NCBI GenBank assembly: GCA_964016885.1
Contig: OZ024747.1
Location: 9,176,001 to 9,240,000, forward strand
Origin: Eledone cirrhosa
Lineage: Eukaryota
Reading direction: 5' to 3'
Length of the DNA stretch: 64,000 nucleotides
The position numbers were made by a program, and so were the translations under genes. Of the stretch, positions 28,821 through 37,734 are shown piece after piece. Position 1 is the stretch's first letter. Each line of letters opens with the position of its first letter. The notes under the pieces were generated by a model. It was not told the DNA's origin and made no database searches. It saw only the letters and a program-made list of their open reading frames with translations.

Positions 28821-29726
28821 AATGAAAGAAAACGAAACACAGGAGGCAAAATTACACAGTTATATATCATCATCATCATTTTATGTCCACTTTTCCCTCT
28901 TGCAAGGGTGGGACAGGTCCTATTCAGCACAGCATCTTGTCAGTCCTTTGTCATCTCCTCTGTGAGCTTCAGCGATGTGAGGTCAGCTCTCACCACCTCC
29001 ACCCATGTTTTTCATGGTCTTCCTCTATTGTGTCTTCTTTCTACCGGGATTTCTTGACACTTCTTCACCCAGCGGTCATCTTCCATGTACATCACATGTG
29101 CATACCAATGCAGTCTTCTCTCCCACACACCACACCATATCCCTCTTATACAGTTTCACTCTCAAATCGTCCATGCTTGGTCATTCACACACATTGACAT
29201 TGCAGATCCATCGGAGCATGCTTGCTTCATTTCTCTCCAGCCATTGCATATTCTCCGCAGTTGCTGCCCATGCCTCACTACCATGCAGCATCGAGCATCT
29301 TACACAGGCACCATATAACTGACCTTTCATTCGTAGGGAGAAACCTTTCGTTTTCAACAGAGGAAGCAGCTCCTTAAACTTCTTCCATCCTGTCCTTATT
29401 CTAGATACTATGGCCTCGGAGCACCCTCCTCCCTTACTCATCTGATCACCTAGATATCTGAACCTACGAACCACCTCTTTAGATCCTACCTGCATTTGAA
29501 AAATGTGCCTATCACTCACACTTCCAGTATCAATTTTCCCTGAACATCTACTACATATGAAGTTTTCCCTTCCTGTTAGTTTGCCTGCTATCCCACTATA
29601 CCTTGTGCACCCAATATCTGCATTGTGTACATTCTATAGAGTTTATGCCAACTCCTCTTCTACATATCGAGCATGGCCAGTTCCCTGATGGAATCAGAGT
29701 CTTGTCCTCTTTCCTACTTATCAACT

Positions 29727-29760
<34 letters not shown>

Positions 29761-32700
29761 AAAAGAGAGTGAGAGATGATGTCTAGTTAGTGATGATGTC
29801 TAGTGATGTCTAGTCACTGATGATGTCAAGACACAATTGATTAACCCTTTACCATTTACATTACTCTATATCTACTATTGTATTTTCGCAGTAAAGGCTT
29901 TATCTCACATAATTATTCACATTGAATCTATGAGATTTTGATGATATTATTTACTTTGAAAACAAGACCTTAACATCAGTATGAGTGGCTAGTTACGGTT
30001 TGAACAGAAGGAGGTGAGAGAATTCTGGCAGGATATGGCCGGTTTAAATGCTAAAGGGTTAGGGTTCAATATGTAGTAAACAAAGGTGATGGAGAAATAT
30101 AATTAAGATCCGAGTCAAAGGTATAGGAATTAGAAATCAAACAATGTGTGTATATGTATTGCATTGCCTGTGGTTTTGTTGGGCCTGAGACACAAATAAC
30201 AAACATATCTGTCCCTTCTCATGTGTTGTCTCTGATTGCTAACACCAACAAACACATCTGACTCTTCTGAGGTGTTGTCTCTGATTGCTAACACCAACAA
30301 AAACATCTGACCCTTCTGAGGTGTTGTCTCTGATTGCTAACACCAACAAACACATCTGACCCTTCTCATGTGTTGTCTCTGATTGCTAACACCAACAAAC
30401 ACAACTGACCCTTCTGAGGTGTTGTCTCTGATTGCTAACACCAACAAACACATCTGACCCTTCTGAGGTGTTGTCTCTGATTGCTAACACCAACAAACAC
30501 ATCTGACCTTTCTGAGGTGTTGTCTCTGATTGCTAACACTAACAAACACATCTGACCCTTCTGAGGTGTTGTCTCTGATTGCTAACACCAACAAACACAT
30601 CTGACCCTTCTGAGGTGTTGTCTCTGATTGCTAACACCAACAAACACATCTGACCCTTCTGAGGTGTTGTCTTTGATTGCTAACACCAACAAATACATCT
30701 GACCCTTCTGAGGTATTGTCTCTGATTGCTAACACCAACAAACACATCTGTCCCTTCTCATGTGTTGTCTCTGATTGCTAACACCAACAAACACATCTGA
30801 CTCTTTTCATGTGTTGTCTCTGATTGCTAACACCAACAAACACATCTGACCCTTCTGAGGTATTGTCTCTGATTGCTAACACCAACAAACACATCTGACT
30901 CTTCTGAGGTGTTGTGTCTGATTGCTAACACCAACAAACACATCTGACTCTTCTGAGGTGTTGTCTCTGATTGCTAACACCAACAAACACATCTGACCCT
31001 TCTGAGGTGTTGTCTCTGATTGCTAACACCAACAAACACATCTGACTCTTCTGAGGTGTTGGCTCTGATTGCTAACACCTACAAACACATCTGTCCCTTC
31101 TCATGTGTTGTCTCTGATTGCTAACACCTACAAACACAACTGACCCTTCTGAGGTGTTGTCTCTGATTGCTAACACCAACAAACACATCTGACCCTTCTG
31201 AGGTGTTGTCTCTGATTGCTAACACCAACAAATACATCTGACCCTTCTGAGGTGTTGTCTCTGATTGCTAACACCAACAAACACATCTGACCCTTCTGAG
31301 GTGTTGTCTCTGATTGCTAACACCAACAAACACATCTGACCCTTCTGAGGTGTTGTCTCTGATTGCTAACACCAACAAACACAACTGACCCTTCTGAGGT
31401 GTTGTCTCTGATTGTTAACCCCCAATACAGAATATGTTGAATGTATTTTATTGTGACTAACATTTGTGAGGTTACCTTGAACCATGGAAGACTAAAGAGT
31501 ACTCACTATTTTTACACTGTCTCTGTTAATTCAAGGTAATATGTCTATAAGATAGTTTGGTTTCAACGTTATAGAAGATGAAAGGAAGTCATAGTGAGAT
31601 ATAGACCTCTGAATGGATGGCTTATTGGGGAGGAAGGATCTGGTAGAGTATATAATTGTTTCTACTTTAGGCACAAGGCCAGCAATTATCCCAGTGCATT
31701 ACTGGTACTTTATTTTATCGACCCCGTAATGATGAAAGGCAAAGTTAACCTCGGCGGGATTTGAACTCAGATCATAAAGGGAGGTAACTCTATGCTTCAA
31801 AGCATGGCGCCCGACCCTCTACCAATACTGCCAATCCACCGCCCTTGGTAGAGTATATAATACACAGGAGAGAGGAGAGAGAGAGTGTAGATTAAGGTAG
31901 GATTTCAAAGTGAGTAGATGATGATGGAAGAAGAGGATCATGTAATAGAGTTACGGGTTTGGTGGGTTACTGGTAGGTGAGGTAGGTGGAGGGTAGAGGG
32001 GTATGGTGGGTTACTGGTAGGTGAGGTAGGTGGAGGGTAGAGGGGTTTGGTGGGTTACTGGTAGGTGAGGTAGGTAGAGGGTAGAGGGGTTTGGTGGGTT
32101 ATTGGTAGGTGAGGTAGGTGGAGGGGTTTGGTGGGTTATTGGTAGGTGAGGTAGGTGGAGGGGTTTGGTGGGTTATTGGTAGGTGAGGTAGGTAGAGGGT
32201 AGAGGGGTTTGGTGGGTTATTGGTAGGTGAGGTAGGTGGAGGGGTTTGGTGGGTTACTGGTAGGTGAGGTAGGTGGAGGGGTTTGGTGGGTTATTGGTAG
32301 GTGAGGTAGGTGGAGGGTAGAGGGGTTTGGTGGGTTACTGGTAGGTGAGGTAGGTGGAGGGGTTTGGTGGGTTACTGGTAGGTGAGGTAGGTGGAGGGGT
32401 TTGGTGGGTTATTGGTAGGTGAGGTAGGTGGAGGGGTTTGGTGGGTTATTGGTAGGTGAGGTAGGTGGAGGGGTTTGGTGGGTTATTGGTAGGTGAGGTA
32501 GGTGGAGGGGTTTGGTGGGTTACTGGTAGGTGAGGTAGGTGGAGGGGTTTGGTGGGTTATTGGTAGGTGAGGTAGGTGGAGGGGTTTGGTGGGTTATTGG
32601 TAGGTGAGGTAGGTGGAGGGGTTTGGTGGGTTATTGGTAGGTGAGGTAGGTGGAGGGGTTTGGTGGGTTATTGGTAGGTGAGGTAGGTGGATGGTAGAGG

Positions 32701-34841
32701 GGTTTGGTGGGTTACTGGTAGGTGAGGTAGGTGGAGGGGTTTGGTGGGTTATTGGTAGGTGAGGTAGGTGGAGGGGTTTGGTGGGTTATTGGTAGGTGAG
32801 GTAGGTGGAGGGGTTTGGTGGGTTATTGGTAGGTGAGGTAGGTGGAGGGGTTTGGTGGGTTATTGGTAGGTGAGGTAGGTGGAGGGGTTTGGTGGGTTAC
32901 TGGTAGGTGAGGTAGGTGGAGGGGTTTGGTGGGTTATTGGTAGGTGAGGTAGGTGGAGGGGTTTGGTGGGTTATTGGTAGGTGAGGTAGGTGGAGGGGTT
33001 TGGTGGGTTACTGGTAGGTGAGGTAGGTGGAGGGTAGACGGGTTTGGTGGGTTATTGGTAGGTGAGGTAGGTGGAGGGTAGAGGGGTTTGGTGGGTTATT
33101 GGTAGGTGAGGTAGGTGGAGGGTAGAGGGGTTTGGTGGGTGAGGTAGGTGGAAGGTGTTGGTGAGTTAGTGGTTACAAAGTGTGACAAGGAGTATATGAC
33201 ACTCTATGGTGGTACTATGCACCTGTGGTGGTATATGCACCTGTGGTGGTATATATATACCTGTGGTGGTACTATACACCTGTGGTGGTATATATACACC
33301 TGTGGTGCTATATATACACCTGTGGTGCTATATATACACCTGTGGTGCTATATACACCTGTGGTGGTATATATACATCTGTGGTGGTATATATACATGTG
33401 TGGTGGTACTATGCACCTGTGGTGATATATACACCTGTGGTGGTATATATACACCTGTGGTGGTATATATACACCTGTAATACATACACACCTGTGGTGG
33501 AACTTACCTGTAATACATAAGACAGCGTCAAACTCATCACCAAGAAGTTGTTGGACTCGCCTAAGACGGCTGCAGCTGGAATATAAAGGTGGGTAGATGT
33601 GATATAGTGTGTGGGTGTGTGAGACTGGGTGTTGTGTGTGTGTGTTTATGACAGTGTGTGTGTGAGGGAGACTGTGGGTGTTGTGTGGGTAGATGTGATA
33701 TAGTCTGTCGGTGTGTGTATTTATGATAGTGTGTGTGAGGGAGAGTGTGTGTGTGTAGGGATATAATCTGTGGGTGTGTGTATTTATGATAGTGTGCGTG
33801 TGAGACTGTGTGTGTAGTGTGTGTGTGTAGGGATATAATCTGTGGGTGTGTGTATTTATGACAGTGTGTGTGTGAGACTGTGTGTGTGTGAGACTGTGTG
33901 TGTAGTGTGTGTGTGTAGGGATATAATCTGTGGGTGTGTGTATTTATGACAGTGTGTGTGTGAGACTGTGTGTGTGTGTAGGGATATAGACTGTGGGTGT
34001 GTATTTATGACAGTGTGTGTAAGACTCTGTGTGTAGGGATATAGTCTGTGGGTGTGTGTATTTATGACAGTGTGTGTGTGAGACTGTGTGTGTGTGAGAC
34101 TGTGTGTGTAGTGTGTGTGTGTAGGGATATAATCTGTGGGTGTGTGTATTTATGACAGTGTGTGTGTGAGACTGTGTGTGTGTGTAGGGATATAGACTGT
34201 GGGTGTGTATTTATGACAGTGTGTGTGAGACTCTGTGTGTAGGGATATAGTCTGTGGGTGTGTGTATTTATGACAGTGTGTGTGTGAGACTGTGTGTGTA
34301 GGACATAGTCTCTGTATGTGTATGTATGACATAGTGCGTGTGTGTGTGTATGTATTTATAACATAGTGCGTGTGTGTGTATAAAATATTGTATATGTATG
34401 CCTGTGTGTAAGGGAAGCAGTTTAGCTGGTAGGTAGGAAGGGGGGGGGGTGTCTTCCTCGACACTTTTATGGGGGCGGTACTTTTGAGTCTGTTGTATAT
34501 ATTTGACTATGTATGGGGTGGGCTGGTGCAAACCCAAGAGCTGCCGCGAGTGGCACACACTCTAACTACCCCACTGTGTATGTTAGATATTGTTTATATA
34601 TGTGTGTGTATGTAGTTACAGATGGTTGTCAACCTGCTAGAAATAGCAGCCACATCTTAAGCAATATACACCCTATTATTATAAAGGAAAAGGTTGCCTT
34701 GAATAATGTAGTCCATGGTACACTAGGCTTAGAAAAGAAAAATAATGGGATGTTCACGACTGGAATGCCGAAACCGCTTGGCGTCGCGGTCGGGATTTTA
34801 CATATTTCTCTTTCTCTCTTGAAGGGCTAAATATATATATA

Positions 34842-34907
<66 letters not shown>

Positions 34908-35130
34908 GGGTGTCTCCCAAAAATTTATACACACTTCAACAGCATTCTAATAAATATTACCTGTACAGGTAATGGGTGTGTATACATATTTTTGGGACAC
35001 TCTGTATATATATATATATACATATATGCATATGTATAATATATATATATATATTGTTCTTCTAAATAGGACTCAATTTGGAGGCTAAATAACAACAAAC
35101 AGCCTACCTTACAAACGGTAAAGGGTCCAT
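1129..35130 (-). CDS. DNAAF9: DNAAF9/C20orf194 orthologue, 5' part (14 coding exons, 976 nt, ~325 aa; remaining exons not identified, mostly beyond the window start)
   Basis: The spliced translation [19 protein letters not shown]...[24 protein letters not shown]...[21 protein letters not shown]...[10 protein letters not shown]...EGFFTMKYD...FEHQW...QPFVL...[18 protein letters not shown] is collinear with human C20orf194 as I recall it ([74 protein letters not shown]). All 13 joining introns are GT-AG with matching phases. Confidence 0.93.
2140..2263 (-). CDS. DNAAF9: DNAAF9 coding exon 13 ([18 protein letters not shown]...DGSAILV)
   Basis: gccaccag| ... |gtaagt, 124 nt, phase 2 to 0. Confidence 0.88.
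2499..2560 (-). CDS. DNAAF9: DNAAF9 coding exon 12 ([21 protein letters not shown])
   Basis: ctgttgcag| ... |gtaaat, 62 nt; resembles PFRSYFSHG. Confidence 0.88.
2640..3812 (+). repeat. CAC/TAC-rich composite minisatellite
   Basis: Recurring catatttaaccaccactacactacaccctaaccatcacaac blocks. Confidence 0.9.
3841..3883 (-). CDS. DNAAF9: DNAAF9 coding exon 11 ([14 protein letters not shown])
   Basis: gttttgacag| ... |gtaagt, 43 nt, phase 2 to 0. Confidence 0.87.
4243..4318. mobile_element. Small Tc1/mariner-like MITE; related copy at 34905-35007
   Basis: TA-flanked imperfect TIRs ca(g/a)gg..tcc..aaaatgtatacac and a shared internal ttctaataaat. Confidence 0.6.
4540..5630 (+). mobile_element. 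RTE-clade LINE, 5'-truncated (ORF C-terminus, 3' UTR, (TGA)n tail)
   Basis: C-x2-C-x3-VHxRC, Fx[24 protein letters not shown] and [11 protein letters not shown], followed by a 3' UTR containing gttaggaagggca. Confidence 0.9.
5675..5733 (-). CDS. DNAAF9: DNAAF9 coding exon 10 ([20 protein letters not shown])
   Basis: ctctctgtag| ... |gtaagt, 59 nt; FEHQW motif. Confidence 0.9.
6425..6502 (-). CDS. DNAAF9: DNAAF9 coding exon 9 ([26 protein letters not shown])
   Basis: ttgtacag| ... |gttagt, 78 nt, phase 0 to 0. Confidence 0.85.
6733..7770 (-). mobile_element. RTE-clade LINE fragment
   Basis: [33 protein letters not shown] and the same 3' UTR/tail. Confidence 0.88.
8556..8583 (-). CDS. DNAAF9: DNAAF9 coding exon 8, 28-nt microexon (EGFFTMKYD)
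   Basis: tttgtttcag| ... |gtaagt; carries the conserved GFFTMKY. Confidence 0.92.
8808..9280 (-). mobile_element. RTE LINE 3' end, same subfamily as 5150-5630 and inverted relative to it
   Basis: Near-identical reverse complement of the 5150-5630 segment. Confidence 0.85.
9472..9550 (-). CDS. DNAAF9: DNAAF9 coding exon 7 ([26 protein letters not shown])
   Basis: atttacag| ... |gtcagt, 79 nt, phase 1 to 2. Confidence 0.92.
9810..10742 (-). mobile_element. CR1-clade LINE, 5'-truncated at the RT active site
   Basis: [30 protein letters not shown] and [10 protein letters not shown], with a (TTA)n-like tail. Confidence 0.9.
10955..11942 (+). repeat. 103-bp tandem repeat (~9.5 copies)
   Basis: Period 103; ends exactly at the exon-6 donor. 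Confidence 0.95.
11943..12039 (-). CDS. DNAAF9: DNAAF9 coding exon 6 ([33 protein letters not shown])
   Basis: tattgcag| ... |gtaagc, 97 nt; resembles [30 protein letters not shown]. Confidence 0.92.
12059..12751 (+). repeat. 44-bp tandem repeat (~16 copies)
   Basis: agggagagcttagtacagtagttactatgtatatatgtatatat. Confidence 0.95.
14184..14372 (+). mobile_element. Meta-type SINE copy
   Basis: Same consensus as 31657-31845. Confidence 0.88.
14527..15297 (+). repeat. 37-bp tandem repeat (~21 copies)
   Basis: gttataacactgtaaatctagatctatataaggcctt. Confidence 0.95.
15782..15906 (-). CDS. DNAAF9: DNAAF9 coding exon 5 ([41 protein letters not shown])
   Basis: ctcaccag| ... |gtaagc, 125 nt; core of ORF 15683..15931. 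Confidence 0.95.
16090..17390. repeat. (CAC)-rich 153-bp x3 array (16150-16615) followed by a (GTA/GTG)n array (16715-17390)
   Basis: ctataaccccacaacc recurs at 16178, 16331 and 16484. Confidence 0.9.
17657..18162 (-). mobile_element. Two Meta-type SINE copies (17657-17841 and 17975-18162) flanking the 23-nt microexon
   Basis: Same consensus; both are sense to the gene. Confidence 0.85.
17910..17932 (-). CDS. DNAAF9: DNAAF9 coding exon 4, 23-nt microexon (FPDELID-D)
   Basis: tttatttccag| ... |gtaatt. Needed to bridge phase 2 to 1, and resembles human FSEEVLDD. Confidence 0.85.
19770..21150 (+). repeat. atgaagg(tg)n array (19770-20115) and acacccatctaccagt(ct)n array (20300-21150)
   Basis: Fixed cores with variable dinucleotide spacers. 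Confidence 0.9.
21302..22635 (+). repeat. 74-bp highly homogeneous tandem repeat (~18 copies)
   Basis: Period 74 with essentially one variable site (gaagaGaaa/gaagaAaaa). Confidence 0.95.
22845..24270 (+). repeat. catgtatgtaa(ca)n array and ~40-bp cagtgatgtaataatcacatacaagcacata(ca)n array
   Basis: Direct inspection. Confidence 0.92.
24915..28532 (+). repeat. 30-32-bp minisatellite (~3.6 kb) with a 1340-bp higher-order duplication
   Basis: Unit actgtgtcaacctatccagtcaacatctac(ac); rare variants recur at a 1340-bp offset. Confidence 0.95.
28607..28697 (-). CDS. DNAAF9: DNAAF9 coding exon 3 ([30 protein letters not shown])
   Basis: ctcttcaag| ... |gtgagt, 91 nt, phase 1 to 2. Confidence 0.92.
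28865..29725 (-). mobile_element. RTE-clade LINE fragment
   Basis: [40 protein letters not shown] and a (TGA)n tail. Confidence 0.88.
30197..31418 (+). repeat. 49-bp tandem repeat (~25 copies)
   Basis: gattgctaacaccaacaaacacatctgacccttctgaggtgttgtctct. Confidence 0.95.
31657..31845 (-). mobile_element. tRNA-derived SINE with a Meta-type central domain, full copy with a 16-bp TSD; about 15 full or partial copies in the window
   Basis: A-box tggcagtattgg, B-box gagttcaaatcc and core gcctttcatc...ggggtcgataaaataaagtaccag. TSD tggtagagtatataat at 31641-31656 and 31846-31861. Other copies near 5860, 5998, 14184, 17657, 17975, 35553, 40417, 43517, 44626, 52669, 56130, 57053 and 57630. Confidence 0.88.
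31955..33150 (+). repeat. G-rich 37/44-bp minisatellite
   Basis: ggtttggtgggtta(t/c)tggtaggtgaggtaggtggagg(gtagagg). Confidence 0.95.
33205..34360 (+). repeat. Minisatellites on both sides of exon 2 (acacctgtggtggtatat array 33205-33500; TG-rich array 33600-34360)
   Basis: Direct inspection. Confidence 0.88.
33508..33575 (-). CDS. DNAAF9: DNAAF9 coding exon 2 ([23 protein letters not shown])
   Basis: tattccag| ... |gtaagt, 68 nt, phase 2 to 1. Confidence 0.92.
35108..35130 (-). CDS. DNAAF9: DNAAF9 first coding exon, coding part (MDPLPFV-S)
   Basis: ATG at 35130-35128 and donor AG|gtaggc in phase 2, which joins the next exon as VS-CSRL. Likely acceptor ctctctgaag| puts the exon start at 35183. 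Confidence 0.75.
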
Positions 35131-35276
35131 TAGGGTTTTAAGATATAAAGCAGTGGAGGGGCAGGTAGAGTTACTAGAAGCACCTTCAGAGAGAGAGAGA
35201 GAGTGGGGGAAAGAGAGGAGGAGTGAAAATGACTATAAAGGAGGTAGAAATAATTAAACGCACAATGGTTAGTTCT

Positions 35277-35290
35277 GTTGTTATAGCAAC
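35277..35290. promoter_or_regulatory. RFX X-box GTTGTTATAGCAAC
   Basis: Matches the GTHNYY-AT-RRNAAC consensus about 150 bp upstream of the ATG of a dynein-assembly (motile cilia) gene. Confidence 0.7.
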
Positions 35291-35318
35291 GATACAACAA
35301 CACGGAAACGAGGCTCAC

Positions 35319-35420
35319 TTATCTCTAACGATTTAATCCACTTCTTCACATGAGAGTTTCTCACTACTCTGTCTGTTTGTATCGAGACGCAGACTTGACC
35401 ACGTAGTTATGAAGTTCCTT
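35319..35420 (-). other. Putative non-coding 5' UTR exon of DNAAF9 (upstream boundary unknown)
   Basis: Donor aa|gtgagc at 35318 and acceptor at 35184 define a 135-nt intron. There is an in-frame stop upstream and no in-frame ATG. Confidence 0.5.
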
Positions 35421-35794
35421 TGGCAATTATAAGGTCCTGGGTTCGACCCGACTCTCTGGCATATTAATATATAGATATATTTAATGAAAGTACTGTGTAC
35501 AGTGCTCAGGTGCACTACAAGTAATCAAATGTGCATGTATAGTACATAGAATAATTGTTTCTCCTTTTGGCACAAGGCCAGTAATTATCCCAGTGTATTA
35601 CTGGTACTTTCTTTTATCGACCCCGTAAGGATGAAAGGCAAAGTTAACCTTGACGGGGTTTGAATTCAGATCGTAAAGGGACGTAACTCTTTGCTGCAAA
35701 GCATGGCGTCAGACCCTCTACCGATACTGCCAATCCACCCCAGAAAATGAATAATGCGTGAGTTCAAATTTATATTAGACAAGTTTCTTTTACC

Positions 35795-35900
35795 ATTGAT
35801 GACAACCCCTGGGTAGCGGTGCTTGGCCCGATCGAATGATTTCGTCTGTTCCAAATTGATTCCAAATTGAAGTAGAGGTTTCCCAAAATGGAACTGTCCA
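35795..35900 (-). mobile_element. Degenerate L1/Tx1-like RT fragment
   Basis: INLEQTKSFDRAKHRY resembles the LDQxKAFDRVxH RT motif. Confidence 0.45.
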
Positions 35901-36711
35901 GGATCGCACACATTTGCAATCCTTCGGTGGAACTGAGTGGGCCAGGGGGCCATACCCGGACCCCCCCCCTACAATAATTATATATGTTCTCCCCAAACTA
36001 CCAAAAGACACATTTATTTGTATATGCGCTTCAATTTCTGTACATGTTATGTAGAGACGGATGGGAGAGATAGATATAGATATAGAGAGGAGGAGAGTTT
36101 GGTGGTAATTGATATAGAGAGGGGGATTGGAAGAGAGTTCCGTGAGTAGATGTAGAGAGGGGTAGAGTTTTGTGTTAATTGATATTTAGAGGGAGAATGG
36201 AACTCTCTCCCATTCCCCTTCTCTATATCAATTTACACCAAACTCTCCCCCTCTCTATATCTACTACACGGCACTCTCTTCCAATCCACCTCTCTATATC
36301 AATTAGCACCCCCCCCCACCTCTCTATATCTACTACACGGTACTCTCTTCAAATTCTCTCTATATATCAATTAGCACCAAATCCCACACTGCGCCAAGCC
36401 AAGGCTCACAGAGCGGCGCTCGGTTAAGCAGTGGACGATGCGCAATAAAAATAAAACTAATAATAATAATGATAATAAGAATAAGTTGTTAAGGACAGGA
36501 GGAAGTAGAAAAAAGAAAAGAAAAAAGAGAAGAAAGATAAAGGAAAAGAGAAGTAAAAGCAGGGGGGAGGGAGGGGAATTAGGGTGTGGGTGAGAGGAGG
36601 GGGAGTTAGACGACAGCAGACGTCAACAAATCCGTTTTGTGTAAAAGAACTTTATAGATTTCATACAGTTATAAGGATACCTCTGACATCAATATATATA
36701 GACACATACAC

Positions 36712-36823
<112 letters not shown>

Positions 36824-37734
36824 GCATATATATATACATACACACACGCATACAAACATACATATATATATATATATATATGTGCGTGTGTGTATGCGTG
36901 TGTGTATGTATATATATGCGTGTGTGTGTATGTATATATAAATATATATATATATATATACATACACAAACGCATACACACATATATATATATATATATA
37001 TATACATATATACACACACACACATATATATACACATATATATATACATACACACACACGCATATACACACACACACACATATATATATATACATACATA
37101 CATACACTTATATATATATATGTATATACTTACATATATGTATATATATGTGTGTGTGTATATATATATATGTGTATATATGTATATATGTATATATATA
37201 TATATATACATACTGACAGGTAGATACAAATACATGGAAATGCACATACATACATACATACATACACATACACACTGGCACATACATACGCATGCACACA
37301 AACACAATCACATAGGTACACACAGTCACACACACATACACAGTGACAGATACTGACATAACACACATATACAGCTGACATATATGCAATGACACACATT
37401 TGCAGTAACACATGTATATATACACACATACACGCACACACACACACACACATATATATATACATACATGTATAAACATGAACAATGCCACACTATTACA
37501 CTAGACCAATATACAAGCAAATGAGAGATTACACACACACACACACACGCACTCACATCTACATATATTGAAACATACATAAGTACATACAGGGGACATC
37601 GCACTCTTACATACACAATATACACTACACTACACACACACGCACATATATATATATAAATATAGACTGACTCCCACATACATACGCATGTGGTGTGTAT
37701 GTGTGGAGTATACACTGTACTTATATGACTATAT

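Noticed and set aside
21302-31418. Regular repeats resembling CRISPR arrays
   Set aside because: There are no unique spacers and no cas genes, and the context is eukaryotic.
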